A stretch of 64,000 nucleotides of DNA from Candidatus Multivoradales bacterium (GCA_965248055.1 CBDFIJ010000004.1:2752001-2816000), one strand, 5' to 3'. Counted from the stretch's first letter, positions 27,064-37,279 are shown. A program made the numbers and translations. Notes: generated by a model from the sequence alone, not told the origin.

Positions 27064-27915
27064 ATGACAAAAACGCTGCAGGTTGCGGTGGTCGCCAAGC
27101 GTTCCAATGAAGAAGCACAGCGAGCGGCAGTGGAGCTTGCCGAATGGTTTGTTGATCGAGAGTGCACGGTTGCGCTCGACGCGACAGCGCGGTCTCACAG
27201 CGCGGGGAGCATCTACCACCTATTTGACCCCGATTTTCCTTACGATTTCGTCATCGTGTTGGGGGGCGACGGTACCTTGTTGTCGCTGGCGCGTTCAGTT
27301 GGCGACAAGTCGCCAATTCTCGGAGTCAACATGGGACGCCTCGGTTTCCTGACCGACACCCCAGCATCGTCGATGATCGAGTCGATCGAACGGGTCCTGG
27401 CCGGGGACTACCAGTTGGGGCGTCGCACCATGCTTGACGTCGAGCTTCAACGCGCCGCGGTGAGCAGTAAGTTCCGAGTGCTTAACGATGTAGTGATCGC
27501 CAAGAGTGCTCTGGCCCGGGTGATTGAACTGCGTGTCGAAGTGGATGGCGATACGGTTGCCACCTATCGCGGCGATGGTTTGATCATCGCCACCCCGACG
27601 GGTTCCACCGCCTACAACCTTTCCGCCGGTGGCCCATTGATTCACCCTCGCCTGCCGGTAGTGGTCCTGACGCCAATTTGTCCTCACACGTTGACTCAGA
27701 GACCGTTGGTGCTGCCTGGCGAGGCAGATCTTTCAATCTGTCTCGATACCGATCGTGAGGAGGTCTATTTGACCTTGGACGGTCAAGAAGGTCGCAGCCT
27801 GGCTTTTCGTGACCGGATTTCGATCCGACCTTCGGACGAAACCGTCCGGTTGATTCATACCGATCGCGGCGCCTTCTACAAAAGTCTGCGTTCCAAGTTG
27901 GGTTGGGGTACTTGA
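27064..27915 (+). CDS. nadK: NAD+ kinase
   Basis: GGDGTLL, GVN.GRLGFL, LND.VI, DGLIIATPTGSTAYNLSAGGP, TPICPH. Confidence 0.96.
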   Translation: MTKTLQVAVVAKRSNEEAQRAAVELAEWFVDRECTVALDATARSHSAGSIYHLFDPDFPYDFVIVLGGDGTLLSLARSVGDKSPILGVNMGRLGFLTDTPASSMIESIERVLAGDYQLGRRTMLDVELQRAAVSSKFRVLNDVVIAKSALARVIELRVEVDGDTVATYRGDGLIIATPTGSTAYNLSAGGPLIHPRLPVVVLTPICPHTLTQRPLVLPGEADLSICLDTDREEVYLTLDGQEGRSLAFRDRISIRPSDETVRLIHTDRGAFYKSLRSKLGWGT

Positions 27916-27974
27916 TCCGGGCCGGTCTGGTGCAGCCACCAAGGAAAGATCCATCGATGGATCGAAGCGGATAG

Positions 27975-30900
27975 ATGACGCATTTCGAATCCCCACCCGA
28001 CTTACAGCCTGACTCGAAGCCGAATCGCCTCCGGCGTACGGTCCGAGCCTTGGTCTTGATCGTCGGGATCATCTTGGTGCTGCTATTTGTAGCGAGTCGA
28101 TTTGCTGAACCCTGGTTGCGCCACACCTTGGTCGGGGCAGCGCAAGACAAGGCCGGAACCGACCTTGAATTGGATCGACTGCTGATCACCTGGAAGCCCT
28201 TTGGAATTCGGGTTGATCGGCCGTCGATGACTCTGGAAGGAGAAGACGCCCCGTACGCGGCCGCCGAGCGCATCTCGGCTCTGGTGGACGTTGGTGGGTT
28301 GTTGCACGGCAAGATGCACATCGATCAGGTGATTGTCGAACAACCTCGACTGGTTCTGCGGGTGCGCGAGGACGGATCGTTGGCGCTGCCCACTTTTGAG
28401 GGAGATGGAGGAGGCGGCAACTTTGAGATCGGTTCTCTGGAACTGCGCGGCGGTGAGATTGAGTGGAATGACAACCGCGTGCCGATGACCGCCGAACTCA
28501 ATGGCCTGGCAGCCACTACAGCCTCGGAAGAAGATGGGACATCGGTTGCCAGTTTCACTGCCGATGGCCTAGCGACCGAGATTCGCGGTCAGCAGGTTCT
28601 ATTTGGGGTGGATGGAGAGATCGCTTGGAAGGGCAGCGAGGTCGAGATTCGAGATATTCGGGGTCAAGGCGAGCAGCTCGATTGGAGAGTTGCCGGGAGT
28701 TGGGCGCTGGGCTCCAGGGAGCAGGGCAGTGGAGATTTCGTGGTCGACGCTGAGGGCGATTTGGGTTTCTTGCAGCCCTGGTTGGTCGATTCGCAGTCAC
28801 GTTCCGCCGGTGATTCAGAGGCATTAGCCCTCGTCGGTCACACCCGGCTGAATGCTCGGATTCACAATACCGACCCTTCGTCTCTGGACAGCCGGGCCGA
28901 ACCAAGCTGGGTGGTCGAGGGGCAGGGTCAAATTGACGGCCTGTTGGCCGGGGGCTTCCATCTCGACTCGGTGCCTTTGGTGTTCGCCTTGCGGGATCAG
29001 CAATTGAGCGCCAGCAGTCAGCCGATTGCAGCGTACGGTGGTCAATGGTCGGCTGAGATGGAAGTCGGCGAGGGACAAGATCGAGTCAGCCTATCCGGCC
29101 AGGGTGCCGATCTACAGAAGCTAGCCGATGATCTTGGCTGGACCGCACTCGCGACCGGTGGAGTTCTCAATACAGAAATCGATTATCGCTTCGATTCAAC
29201 CGATTGGCAAAGCGGGAGTGGGGACGCCACCTTGCAACTGTTTTCCGGGGATCAATGGACCTTGGCCGGGACTATTCCGGTCAAGATCGGACCCAACTTG
29301 GGGTTGACCTTTGGTGGGAGGTTGGCCTCTGTAGGGGCACTGGCGGAGGATGGTGCGACCAAGACAGCAGTTCCGAGCCTTGCCGCGGATGGACAGAGCC
29401 ATAGCGTGGCCATCGAAGGAGATATTCAGGCTTTGGATTCTCAGGGCAACCTACGCTTGCTGGTCGAGACCGCCGATCTGGTCGCCCTCCAGGAGCAAAT
29501 TGGGCTGCGTGGCGATTGGGTGCCGACCGCTGGACGAGGCACGGTTGAGGTCGCAATTGACCTCAACCCGCAGCCGGAATCGATGGCCATGACAGTCAAC
29601 GCTGATCTGACCCGAGCTGAGCTGGCTTCGCTGTCGGCGGATACCGCGACCGTCAGTCTGACCATGGGTGAACACGGCTTGGTGTTACATCAGGCCGAGA
29701 TGCATCGCGGTGAAGCGCGACTTATGGCGAGCGGCTCCTTTCCCGTAGCGCCGGAAGTTACCTCGATCTCTGCCCACACCAGTGATTGGCCATTGCGTCA
29801 GCTATTGCCACTGGCTGGTCTGGATTTCGATCTTGATGGGGTCGCAACCGGGAACATGGAGTTACAGATCGCTGAGGCGGCTGTCGACGGTTCGATTGAG
29901 TTGGCTGTCAAGCAACCCGAGTGGAACGACACCGCGCTCGGAGGCACCATCGAAGCGTCGATCGAGATCGCCGACAGTGGCGTTGTGGTCGACCGCGGGC
30001 GCTGGACTTCGCCCGGTGGAGAAGTGGATTTCAACCTTCGCTACCAGCAGGCCGAGGGCTGGAATGCTGACCTAATGAGTGAGGCTCTAGACCTTGCAGC
30101 TGTCAACCCCGCCTTGGCCGCCGTGCCTTTCGGATACCAAGCTTCGTTCGATATCAACGTGCGCGGCGACGATTGGATTGATGCGGGAGAGATATTGCTG
30201 ACTACTGGATTCGTCGATGGGGAGTCTTCGACGCTGAATGCGCAACTGCGCGATCAAGAGCTTTCTGCCTCAGGCGCTGTTGCTGGGGTCTTGAAACAAG
30301 TATCGGCCAGCGGCTCTTTCGGGCAGCAAGGACCGCAGCTCGATTTCAGCGGAGTGATCTATCCCGGTAGTTGGGTGCAAGTACCGGAGCTGGAGGTGAC
30401 GGGTTCGGCTCGTGTCGACGTCAACGTCAGTGGGTCGTGGCAGCAGCCGTTGGCTGTGGCGCAAGCGACCGAGGTGGCGGTAGTGGTTGCTGGCGAGGTC
30501 CTTGGGGAAATCGAACCGATTCAAGCCACTTGGCGTCCGGGTGAAATCGAACTGGTTTCAGCGTTTGTCGAGAATCAAGGAACTGGCGAAGAGTTGTTCG
30601 TTGCCGGAACGGTGGACTTGGAGACCGGAGTTCTTGACGGTGTAATGCAGGCGGAAGTGGATGCTCTGTGGCTGGGCCGTATGGAGCCGAGCTTGGAGGC
30701 AGAGGGCGGAGTTAGTTTCCTCGGAGTGGTCGAAGGTTCCTTGGAAGCGCCGGTAGTGGACGGTCAGGGTGAATGGAGCGGTGGCAAGGTGTCGATCGAC
30801 GGTTTTCCCCATACCTTGACCGACGTCAGTGCTCGCTTCTTGGTCGGACCTGAGGGGGTGATCGTCGATCGGGCACAGGCGAATCTTGGCGGTGGGCAGA

Positions 30901-31913
30901 TGCATGCCAGTGGCAGCATCGACCTGGACCCCGCCACCGGGGTTTCTTATCGCGCTCAGATCGTGGCGACCGGAGTTGATGTCAACGTTCCGGATGACTG
31001 GTGGATGGGCGGGGACGCCACCTTACGGCTGCATAGCAACGGCAGCTCGCGAGTGCTCTCCGGTGAAGTGCAACTTGATCGCGCCGTGCTGTTGGAGTCG
31101 ATCGATCTTGGCGTTGAGCAGATGGTCCGGTCAGCCCTGCAACGCCAGCGCGAGTGGGTTGCTTCCGAGGACGAGTTGCTGCGTTCAACGCACCTACAAC
31201 TAACCGTCGTTGGTCAAGACGCCTTGCGCGTCTCCGGCGAAGGACTGGATATGGCCGGGGATATCGATCTGACGGTGCGCGGTGACCTAGCCTCACCGCT
31301 GATTCTAGGGCGCGTGGATCTGGCCACTGGTGGAAGCCTGACCTATCGTGGCAACGATTTTGATATCGAACGTGGAGTGCTGGTTTTCTCCAATCCGCAT
31401 GTCATCAATCCGGATATCGACATCGTGGCGGTCAGCCCGATCAAGAACTATGACGTGCGGTTGCACCTCAGGGGATCTCTAGAAACGATGGATGTGGAGT
31501 TCAGTTCCGATCCGTCGTTGCCTAGCTTGGAGGTTGTTTCTCTACTCACCACCGGTCAAATTGGTAACCGCCCGTTGCTGTTGGACCCGATCAACCCCAC
31601 CGAGAGCGCTGCCGCCGAGGGAGTGATAGCTGGACAGGCTGCCGAAGCGATCGGCGCTCGTGTCGGAAAACTATTTGGCCTGGATCGGGTGCAGATCGAT
31701 CCTCCGAGTAGCGGGCCCATTTCTTCAGCCCGGATCACGGTCGGCAAGAGACTTTCCAGGGAGGTGGTGGCCACCTACTCCTACGACTACACCGACAGCG
31801 AGCCAACCATTGTTCAACTGGAGTGGCAGATGTCGCCGATTGTGGCGGTGGTTCTGACCCAGAATGGTGACGAATCCTATTCTGTTGATTTCAAGTGGCA
31901 ACGGAGTTTCTGA
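27975..31913 (+). CDS. tamB: TamB/AsmA-like translocation and assembly module protein
   Basis: N-terminal TM anchor, long beta-rich taco repeats, C-terminal DUF490-like S.P.LP...V.SLL..G and GKRLS motifs; precedes an Omp85 gene. Confidence 0.85.
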   Translation: MTHFESPPDLQPDSKPNRLRRTVRALVLIVGIILVLLFVASRFAEPWLRHTLVGAAQDKAGTDLELDRLLITWKPFGIRVDRPSMTLEGEDAPYAAAERISALVDVGGLLHGKMHIDQVIVEQPRLVLRVREDGSLALPTFEGDGGGGNFEIGSLELRGGEIEWNDNRVPMTAELNGLAATTASEEDGTSVASFTADGLATEIRGQQVLFGVDGEIAWKGSEVEIRDIRGQGEQLDWRVAGSWALGSREQGSGDFVVDAEGDLGFLQPWLVDSQSRSAGDSEALALVGHTRLNARIHNTDPSSLDSRAEPSWVVEGQGQIDGLLAGGFHLDSVPLVFALRDQQLSASSQPIAAYGGQWSAEMEVGEGQDRVSLSGQGADLQKLADDLGWTALATGGVLNTEIDYRFDSTDWQSGSGDATLQLFSGDQWTLAGTIPVKIGPNLGLTFGGRLASVGALAEDGATKTAVPSLAADGQSHSVAIEGDIQALDSQGNLRLLVETADLVALQEQIGLRGDWVPTAGRGTVEVAIDLNPQPESMAMTVNADLTRAELASLSADTATVSLTMGEHGLVLHQAEMHRGEARLMASGSFPVAPEVTSISAHTSDWPLRQLLPLAGLDFDLDGVATGNMELQIAEAAVDGSIELAVKQPEWNDTALGGTIEASIEIADSGVVVDRGRWTSPGGEVDFNLRYQQAEGWNADLMSEALDLAAVNPALAAVPFGYQASFDINVRGDDWIDAGEILLTTGFVDGESSTLNAQLRDQELSASGAVAGVLKQVSASGSFGQQGPQLDFSGVIYPGSWVQVPELEVTGSARVDVNVSGSWQQPLAVAQATEVAVVVAGEVLGEIEPIQATWRPGEIELVSAFVENQGTGEELFVAGTVDLETGVLDGVMQAEVDALWLGRMEPSLEAEGGVSFLGVVEGSLEAPVVDGQGEWSGGKVSIDGFPHTLTDVSARFLVGPEGVIVDRAQANLGGGQMHASGSIDLDPATGVSYRAQIVATGVDVNVPDDWWMGGDATLRLHSNGSSRVLSGEVQLDRAVLLESIDLGVEQMVRSALQRQREWVASEDELLRSTHLQLTVVGQDALRVSGEGLDMAGDIDLTVRGDLASPLILGRVDLATGGSLTYRGNDFDIERGVLVFSNPHVINPDIDIVAVSPIKNYDVRLHLRGSLETMDVEFSSDPSLPSLEVVSLLTTGQIGNRPLLLDPINPTESAAAEGVIAGQAAEAIGARVGKLFGLDRVQIDPPSSGPISSARITVGKRLSREVVATYSYDYTDSEPTIVQLEWQMSPIVAVVLTQNGDESYSVDFKWQRSF

Positions 31914-31920
31914 GGTGAGA

Positions 31921-34803
31921 ATGGGAATCTTCCAGCGCTCGGCACGCTGGGGCACAGAGGTGCTGCCGGTGGTTAGGCCGGCCCCGATGTGGCTGTTGCT
32001 GGCTTGGCTTAGCCTCGGACTGAGTCAATGGATGCAGGCGCAACCCAGCGCAGAAACCATTCCCTCTGCTTGGCAGGGAACGTTGGTCGTTGCTGTAGAG
32101 GTGCGTGGCCCGGTGGGCGAGGAACTCGCTGGTGAGATTGAGGCCGCGGTGGCGGAGAGAGTCTTGGTGCTCACAAGGGAGTCGATTCGCTCGGCGTTGT
32201 CGATCGCTCACAGTCGAATTTCTGGCGGCGACATCGAGGCGTGGGTGCGGCCAGCGAATGCCCAGACGGGGGTTCATTTGGTGATCGCTATCGGTCAGGA
32301 GTCGACAATTGGCGCGGTCGAGATCACTGGCATACCGAACGAGGTTGCTGGGTGGCAGCCTCGCGTACTGGTCAAATCTGGCGACCGCTTGGTTGAGAAT
32401 CGGTTGCTGCGCACGATCTATGGCTTGGAAGAGGCGATGGAAGATGCCGGATACCTAGATGCCCAGGTGGCCCTGTCTGTGAAGCCGATGTCAAACGCCC
32501 AGCTCGCTGTTGGGTTAACTGCCAAGCCCGGCCCCAGATTCCAGGTTGTCCAGCTGGAGGTCGACCCAGCTCTTCCTGAGGATGTTGAATCACCAACCAA
32601 GATGGTCAACCGTGTTGGTGAGCCGTATCAGCGGCGCAAGATCGGAGAGGACGAGGAACGATTCCGTCGGCAGTTAGTTAACCAGGGGTATCGCAGTGCG
32701 CGGGTGGCGGCGGCGGACGTGGAGCGCGTTGAACCAGACGCAGTCACACTGCGCTTTCCGATTGTCGCCGGTCCCAAGGTAGAGATTCAAATCGAGGGGT
32801 TTGATGTCTCCAAGCTGCGCAAGAAAAACCGCTTGCCGGTACTGCGCGAGCAGGGGTTTGACCCGGCCTTGGTGCCCGCGACCGAGAGAACCCTCAGGGA
32901 CTTCATGCAGAGCAAGGGCTTCTATCAAGCTCAAATAGGCTCACAGATCGCCGAAGAAGATGACTTGACTCAGGTCGTGTTTTCGATCGTGCCCGGAGAA
33001 AAGCGAAAGCTAGCGGCGGTATCCATAGACGGGGCCTCAACCTTTGCCAGTGAGCGGCTTAGCAACCTGCTGTTGACCGAGAAGGGACGTCCGTTGGTCG
33101 ATTCTGAACTGGCAGAGGACCTCAACAACTTGCGTTCGTTCTACGTCAGGCAGGGATTCTTGCAAGCGCAGGTCGAGGCGGATGTTGCACCGACAGATGG
33201 GCAGGATCGCCCGGGTCAACTCGTCGTCACGATCACAGTCAACGAAGGGCCTCGTTCTGTGATCCGTTCGCTGCAGATCTCCGGTGCGAACAGGCTAGCA
33301 GAGGTTGATCTGGTGAAAAACCTTCCAACATCTGTGAACGGGCCGTTTCACGAGTCGATCGTGCGCGAAGGGGTGGCCGAGATCCAGCGCAGGTATCGCC
33401 AGCGGGGATTTCGTTCTTCGATCGTCACGGCCGAAGTAGAAGCCGTCGCACAATCTCCTCAACAGGTCGACGTTGAATATCGGATCTTGGAAGGCCCCGC
33501 GGTACACGTGGGGGAGGTGTTTCTGCGAGGCTTGAGTCGAACGCGACCCGGATTCGTTCGTAAAGTGCTTGGCCTCGAACCTGGCGACTTACTCTCGTCC
33601 GATCGGTTGTTGAGTGCCGAGCGAAGGCTGTTTCAGCTCGGACTGTTCTCCGAAGTCGACGTGCGAAGCTCGCCGGCAGCACCGTTTTCCGACAGTGAGG
33701 ACCTGATTGTTGAGGTCAAGGAAGCTCCGGTACATCGCCTCAGCTACGGACTTGGCTGGGACACCGAGGATGAACTGCGCGGGGTTGCGGGCTACACCCG
33801 CAACAACTGGCTGGGACGGGGGTTCTCGTGGAATCTAGATGCAGCGGTGAGTGCCAAGGAAAAGCTCTTTCGGGTCATTCTCACGCAACCATGGATCGGT
33901 GTGCATCAGACCCCATTGACTTATTCGCTATTCCGCTTGGACGAGAATCGAGAGAGCTTCCAGCTTCGACGCGCCGGTGTGCAGGTGGGTGCGCGGCAGC
34001 AGCGTGGGCGAACCCAAGCAGGGTTGCTCCTGACCTGGCGCCAGAACAAGACCTCGGACGACGCGTTCAATCTAGATCGAGAGATTGCATCCGTCGAGAT
34101 CGCATCAATGACCCCCAGTCTTTTTGTCGATCGGCGCAACGATCCGTTCAATCCCACGCGCGGCTGGAGCGGGCTGGTACAAGTTGAGAAGGCGTTCTCC
34201 TTGCTTGGCTCGCAAGAGGAATTCCTCAAGCTCTTCGGCCAGTACACCCAGTACCTCAACCTGGGAGCGGCCGGGACCCTGGGTAGCAGTGTCCGGGTTG
34301 GATGGATCAACCCAGGAGCCACCGAGGGGCTGGGCAGATTGTTTACCGATCTCGATCTACTGCCGCCGGGTCTTGAGTCAGCCGAAGTACACATTTCCGA
34401 GCGCTTCGTTTCTGGAGGACGCAGCAGCCATCGGGCCTACGGGCGGTTTGAATTGGGCCAACTGGGTGAGACCCTGTTGTTGTGCGATCAACTGCCGGCA
34501 GACGGTAGGTCTTGCAGCCCTGATGAGATTCTGCCGGTTGGCGGCAACGCCTTGGGTCTGATCAACCTGGATTGGCGTTTCCCGATCGCCGGAGCTCTCG
34601 GAGGCGTCGCCTTTGTCGACGCTGGCAATCTCTGGGCAGACTGGAGCCACGCCGACCTCGACCAACTCAAACTCGGAGCGGGAATCGGCTTCCGCTACTC
34701 CTCACCGATCGGCCCCTTGAGACTTGAAGTCGGGTGGAAACTCGACCGCGAACCGTTTGAAGATCCTTACGTGATTTTCTTCAGTCTAGGCAATCCGTTC
34801 TAG
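31921..34803 (+). CDS. Omp85 family outer-membrane protein (TamA/BamA-like) with multiple POTRA domains
   Basis: Repeated Y...G(F/Y)..A.V and V.EG POTRA motifs; D.RNDPFNPT.G; G.GFRY.SPIGPLR.E.G; C-terminal FSLGNPF. Confidence 0.9.
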   Translation: MGIFQRSARWGTEVLPVVRPAPMWLLLAWLSLGLSQWMQAQPSAETIPSAWQGTLVVAVEVRGPVGEELAGEIEAAVAERVLVLTRESIRSALSIAHSRISGGDIEAWVRPANAQTGVHLVIAIGQESTIGAVEITGIPNEVAGWQPRVLVKSGDRLVENRLLRTIYGLEEAMEDAGYLDAQVALSVKPMSNAQLAVGLTAKPGPRFQVVQLEVDPALPEDVESPTKMVNRVGEPYQRRKIGEDEERFRRQLVNQGYRSARVAAADVERVEPDAVTLRFPIVAGPKVEIQIEGFDVSKLRKKNRLPVLREQGFDPALVPATERTLRDFMQSKGFYQAQIGSQIAEEDDLTQVVFSIVPGEKRKLAAVSIDGASTFASERLSNLLLTEKGRPLVDSELAEDLNNLRSFYVRQGFLQAQVEADVAPTDGQDRPGQLVVTITVNEGPRSVIRSLQISGANRLAEVDLVKNLPTSVNGPFHESIVREGVAEIQRRYRQRGFRSSIVTAEVEAVAQSPQQVDVEYRILEGPAVHVGEVFLRGLSRTRPGFVRKVLGLEPGDLLSSDRLLSAERRLFQLGLFSEVDVRSSPAAPFSDSEDLIVEVKEAPVHRLSYGLGWDTEDELRGVAGYTRNNWLGRGFSWNLDAAVSAKEKLFRVILTQPWIGVHQTPLTYSLFRLDENRESFQLRRAGVQVGARQQRGRTQAGLLLTWRQNKTSDDAFNLDREIASVEIASMTPSLFVDRRNDPFNPTRGWSGLVQVEKAFSLLGSQEEFLKLFGQYTQYLNLGAAGTLGSSVRVGWINPGATEGLGRLFTDLDLLPPGLESAEVHISERFVSGGRSSHRAYGRFELGQLGETLLLCDQLPADGRSCSPDEILPVGGNALGLINLDWRFPIAGALGGVAFVDAGNLWADWSHADLDQLKLGAGIGFRYSSPIGPLRLEVGWKLDREPFEDPYVIFFSLGNPF

Positions 34804-34813
34804 GCGAAGAATT

Positions 34814-35043
34814 GTGAAGTTCAAGGACGTAATCATCATCTATCGGCCTGGGCGAAGTGGTACAACTCCAATCGACGGTTTCAAGAAATAGTGAACAGCT
34901 GAGAAGCCTATTCGGGATCGAGCAATACATATGAGAGGGATCTCGCCACCGATGAACTGGATCTCTTGGAGCGCTTACTTCATGGCTATTGTGTTGAGCT
35001 GGGAGACCAAGAGGCTGGGCTGGCGGTGAGTGGTTGTGGTTGA
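34814..35043 (+). pseudogene. Possible remnant of a PAPS-dependent sulfotransferase
   Basis: 34814-34891 reads VKFKDVIIIYRPGRSGTTPIDGFKK* (PSB-loop-like RSGTT). 34903-35043, in another frame, reads ..GSSNTYERDLATDELDLLERLLHGYCVELG.. (resembles sulfotransferase C-termini). Confidence 0.35.
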
Positions 35044-35178
35044 CGTCGTGTTTGGTGGTGGATCCGGCGCCGGGATGCCATTGCGTAGGTAGGAATCGCG
35101 CCGTTTCCTCTCAAAGTCTTAGCTCACACTCCCGAGCTTAAGGGAGCGTCAAAGGCGAACTGGACAGGCAACCCCAGA

Positions 35179-36021
35179 TCATGAGTTACCACTGCCCTCT
35201 CTGGACGGTGGTGGTGAGGGTGATTTGCCAAGGAAGGCCAGCTCTCGTGGACGAATCCCACATGAAAGGCCCAGTTCGAGGTGGTCGTAGTTGTGTAGAT
35301 CGACAACCTCAACTTGTCGAAAAGAAAGGCGCATGAGATCGACAAAGTCGATGCCGTAGTCTCGATAATGGCCGTTGAATGATAGGTCAGGAAAGATCAC
35401 GGTTTGCTTGCGAGACCATTCTCCAGGGACTGTTATGACAGCTATACCCCGGGGTCTTAGCACGCGGGCCAGTTCTGCTAAGGCTCTTCCATCATCCGGG
35501 ACATGCTCAAGAACATGGTTAGTGAGAACCATGTCGAACGATTGATCGGCAAATGTTAGGTTCTGGATATCTTCACCGGGAAAACCAACATCCTTCAAGA
35601 ATCGGTCGGTTGTTGCGTATTCCACACCGGGTCCGGTCAGTGCCGGTACCAAGATCGGCTCAGGGGCAAAGTGCAGTACTCGGCAGGGGCCTTTTCTTGC
35701 AATAAGGTCGGGCAAGAGGTAGCTGAGGCCTCTGTGGCGCCCCCGAGAACGACATTGTGGGCAGATAGATTGCCATGCGATTCTCAGACGGTTGCTACTG
35801 TGGACAAAAGAGTGACCCGCATAGCCACAGCAAGGACAGTGGTAGCGGGGTGTCTCGTTGTGCAATTGATTGATTAGATTGGCACTGCCGGAGAGTAGAG
35901 CGTTCCATGCACCTCGTGAGTCATGTAAGCGGAGGTGCCCAAGAATCCGAGAACCCACACGCCGCAAGGTCTCCTTTGGCCACGGGAGGTTCGATCCCGG
36001 ATTGTCAATGCGGAGAACCAT
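35179..36021 (-). CDS. Class I SAM-dependent methyltransferase with N-terminal Cys cluster
   Basis: CPCC..CPQC.S..RHR, VLHFAPE, DIQ.LTF.D.SFD....HVLEHVPDD..AL.EL.RVL.P.G. Confidence 0.88.
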   Translation of the reverse strand: MVLRIDNPGSNLPWPKETLRRVGSRILGHLRLHDSRGAWNALLSGSANLINQLHNETPRYHCPCCGYAGHSFVHSSNRLRIAWQSICPQCRSRGRHRGLSYLLPDLIARKGPCRVLHFAPEPILVPALTGPGVEYATTDRFLKDVGFPGEDIQNLTFADQSFDMVLTNHVLEHVPDDGRALAELARVLRPRGIAVITVPGEWSRKQTVIFPDLSFNGHYRDYGIDFVDLMRLSFRQVEVVDLHNYDHLELGLSCGIRPRELAFLGKSPSPPPSREGSGNS

Positions 36022-36135
36022 AAAAACATCATATGTGATTCAACTCACTACTGCTCCAAAGTAGGACAGGGCCATGCCCTGCGCGCGCCTTCTGTGCAGA
36101 GAGCGGGCTGAGCCTAGCCAATAGCCTCCCGCCTC

Positions 36136-37219
36136 TGCATAAGTTCAGAAACAAATGGCACTCGTTCAATGAGGGATGTCGATGAGCATGAGGTTGATCA
36201 GAGGGCGTTTCCAAGGCCTGGGACATCTTCGTCATCTAGGGGTATCTTGGGTCATGACCCAAGATAGCGCTGAGAAACGTATCCGAGCATTGAGATTCTG
36301 GCAGGAGCATGGGATCGATGCAGCGATCGATGCATTTTCGGTGAGCCGGAGGACTCTGTACCGCTGGAAGTCTCGTCTTGGTAGGTGCAAAGGAGAGCTA
36401 AGCTCTCTAAACCCTCAATCAACAGCTCCGAAGAAAAGAAGACGGCGCAAGTGGCCCTCTGAGGTAGTAGCCGAGATCGGTCGATTGCGGGTCAAAGAGC
36501 CCAATCTTGGCAAGGACAAGATCTATCCGCTGTTGAAACCCTGGTGTGAAGTAAGGGGAATTACCTGCCCCTCGGTGAGCACCATCGGCCGCATCATTGG
36601 CGATGCTCCCGACAAGATGCGCTTGGTGCCTCAAAGGATTGATCGCCTGGGTCGAGTGAAAGCAAAACGAAAGCGTAAGCCTCGCAAACCTAAAGGAACC
36701 AAGGCATGCTCGCCTGGCCAGTGGGTGGCAGTAGATACCATCGAGCGATTCTGTGATGGCCAACGCCGGTACTTGATCACTCTGACCGATGCCGCCAGCA
36801 GCATGAGTCTGGCAATAGCCACCAACTCCCACACCTCGAGCACGGCAGCGCGCTTTCTGGACCTGAGCCTTGATGTCTTGCCATTTGCTGTTACTACCGT
36901 GCTCTCAGACAACGGTAGTGAGTTTCAAGGAGCCTTCGACAAGAAAGCTGCTGAGGCTGGAATCAAACGCTGGTACACCTACCCCAGGTGCCCGAAGATG
37001 AACGCCCAAGCCGAGAGATTCAATCGAACCATCCAAGAGAAATTCGTTGACTACAACGAAGACTTGCTCTTCACTGACCTCCAAGCTTTCAACCAAAAAC
37101 TCTTCGACTGGATGCTCTGGTTTAACGCCGAAAGGCCCCACTGGAGCCACCGACAAAGACCACCGCTACAATACGTAGCTGAACATACCGATCAGTGCCA
37201 AATGTCATGGACGCATACA
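36136..37219 (+). mobile_element. IS481-like insertion sequence, copy 2 (1084 bp)
   Basis: Same ends as copy 1; 5-bp TSD GCCTC (36131-36135, 37220-37224); about 18 substitutions versus copy 1 by manual count. Confidence 0.93.
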
Positions 37220-37228
37220 GCCTCTTGA
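36182..37228 (+). CDS. DDE transposase, IS481-like; TGA stop lies in the groES -35 box
   Basis: Near-identical to 9280-10332; ends CAT ACA|GCC TCT TGA. Confidence 0.93.
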   Translation: MSMRLIRGRFQGLGHLRHLGVSWVMTQDSAEKRIRALRFWQEHGIDAAIDAFSVSRRTLYRWKSRLGRCKGELSSLNPQSTAPKKRRRRKWPSEVVAEIGRLRVKEPNLGKDKIYPLLKPWCEVRGITCPSVSTIGRIIGDAPDKMRLVPQRIDRLGRVKAKRKRKPRKPKGTKACSPGQWVAVDTIERFCDGQRRYLITLTDAASSMSLAIATNSHTSSTAARFLDLSLDVLPFAVTTVLSDNGSEFQGAFDKKAAEAGIKRWYTYPRCPKMNAQAERFNRTIQEKFVDYNEDLLFTDLQAFNQKLFDWMLWFNAERPHWSHRQRPPLQYVAEHTDQCQMSWTHTAS

Positions 37229-37253
37229 CTTGATCCTTTAGGGTTCGTAGAAT
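37225..37253 (+). promoter_or_regulatory. Sigma70 promoter of groES-groEL
   Basis: TTGACT (37225-37230), 17 bp, TAGAAT (37248-37253), immediately followed by CIRCE. Confidence 0.88.
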
Positions 37254-37279
37254 TAGCACTCGTCAAGAGAGAGTGCTAG
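37253..37279 (+). promoter_or_regulatory. CIRCE element (HrcA operator)
   Basis: TTAGCACTC-gtcaagaga-GAGTGCTAG; matches TTAGCACTC-N9-GAGTGCTAA with one mismatch. Confidence 0.95.
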
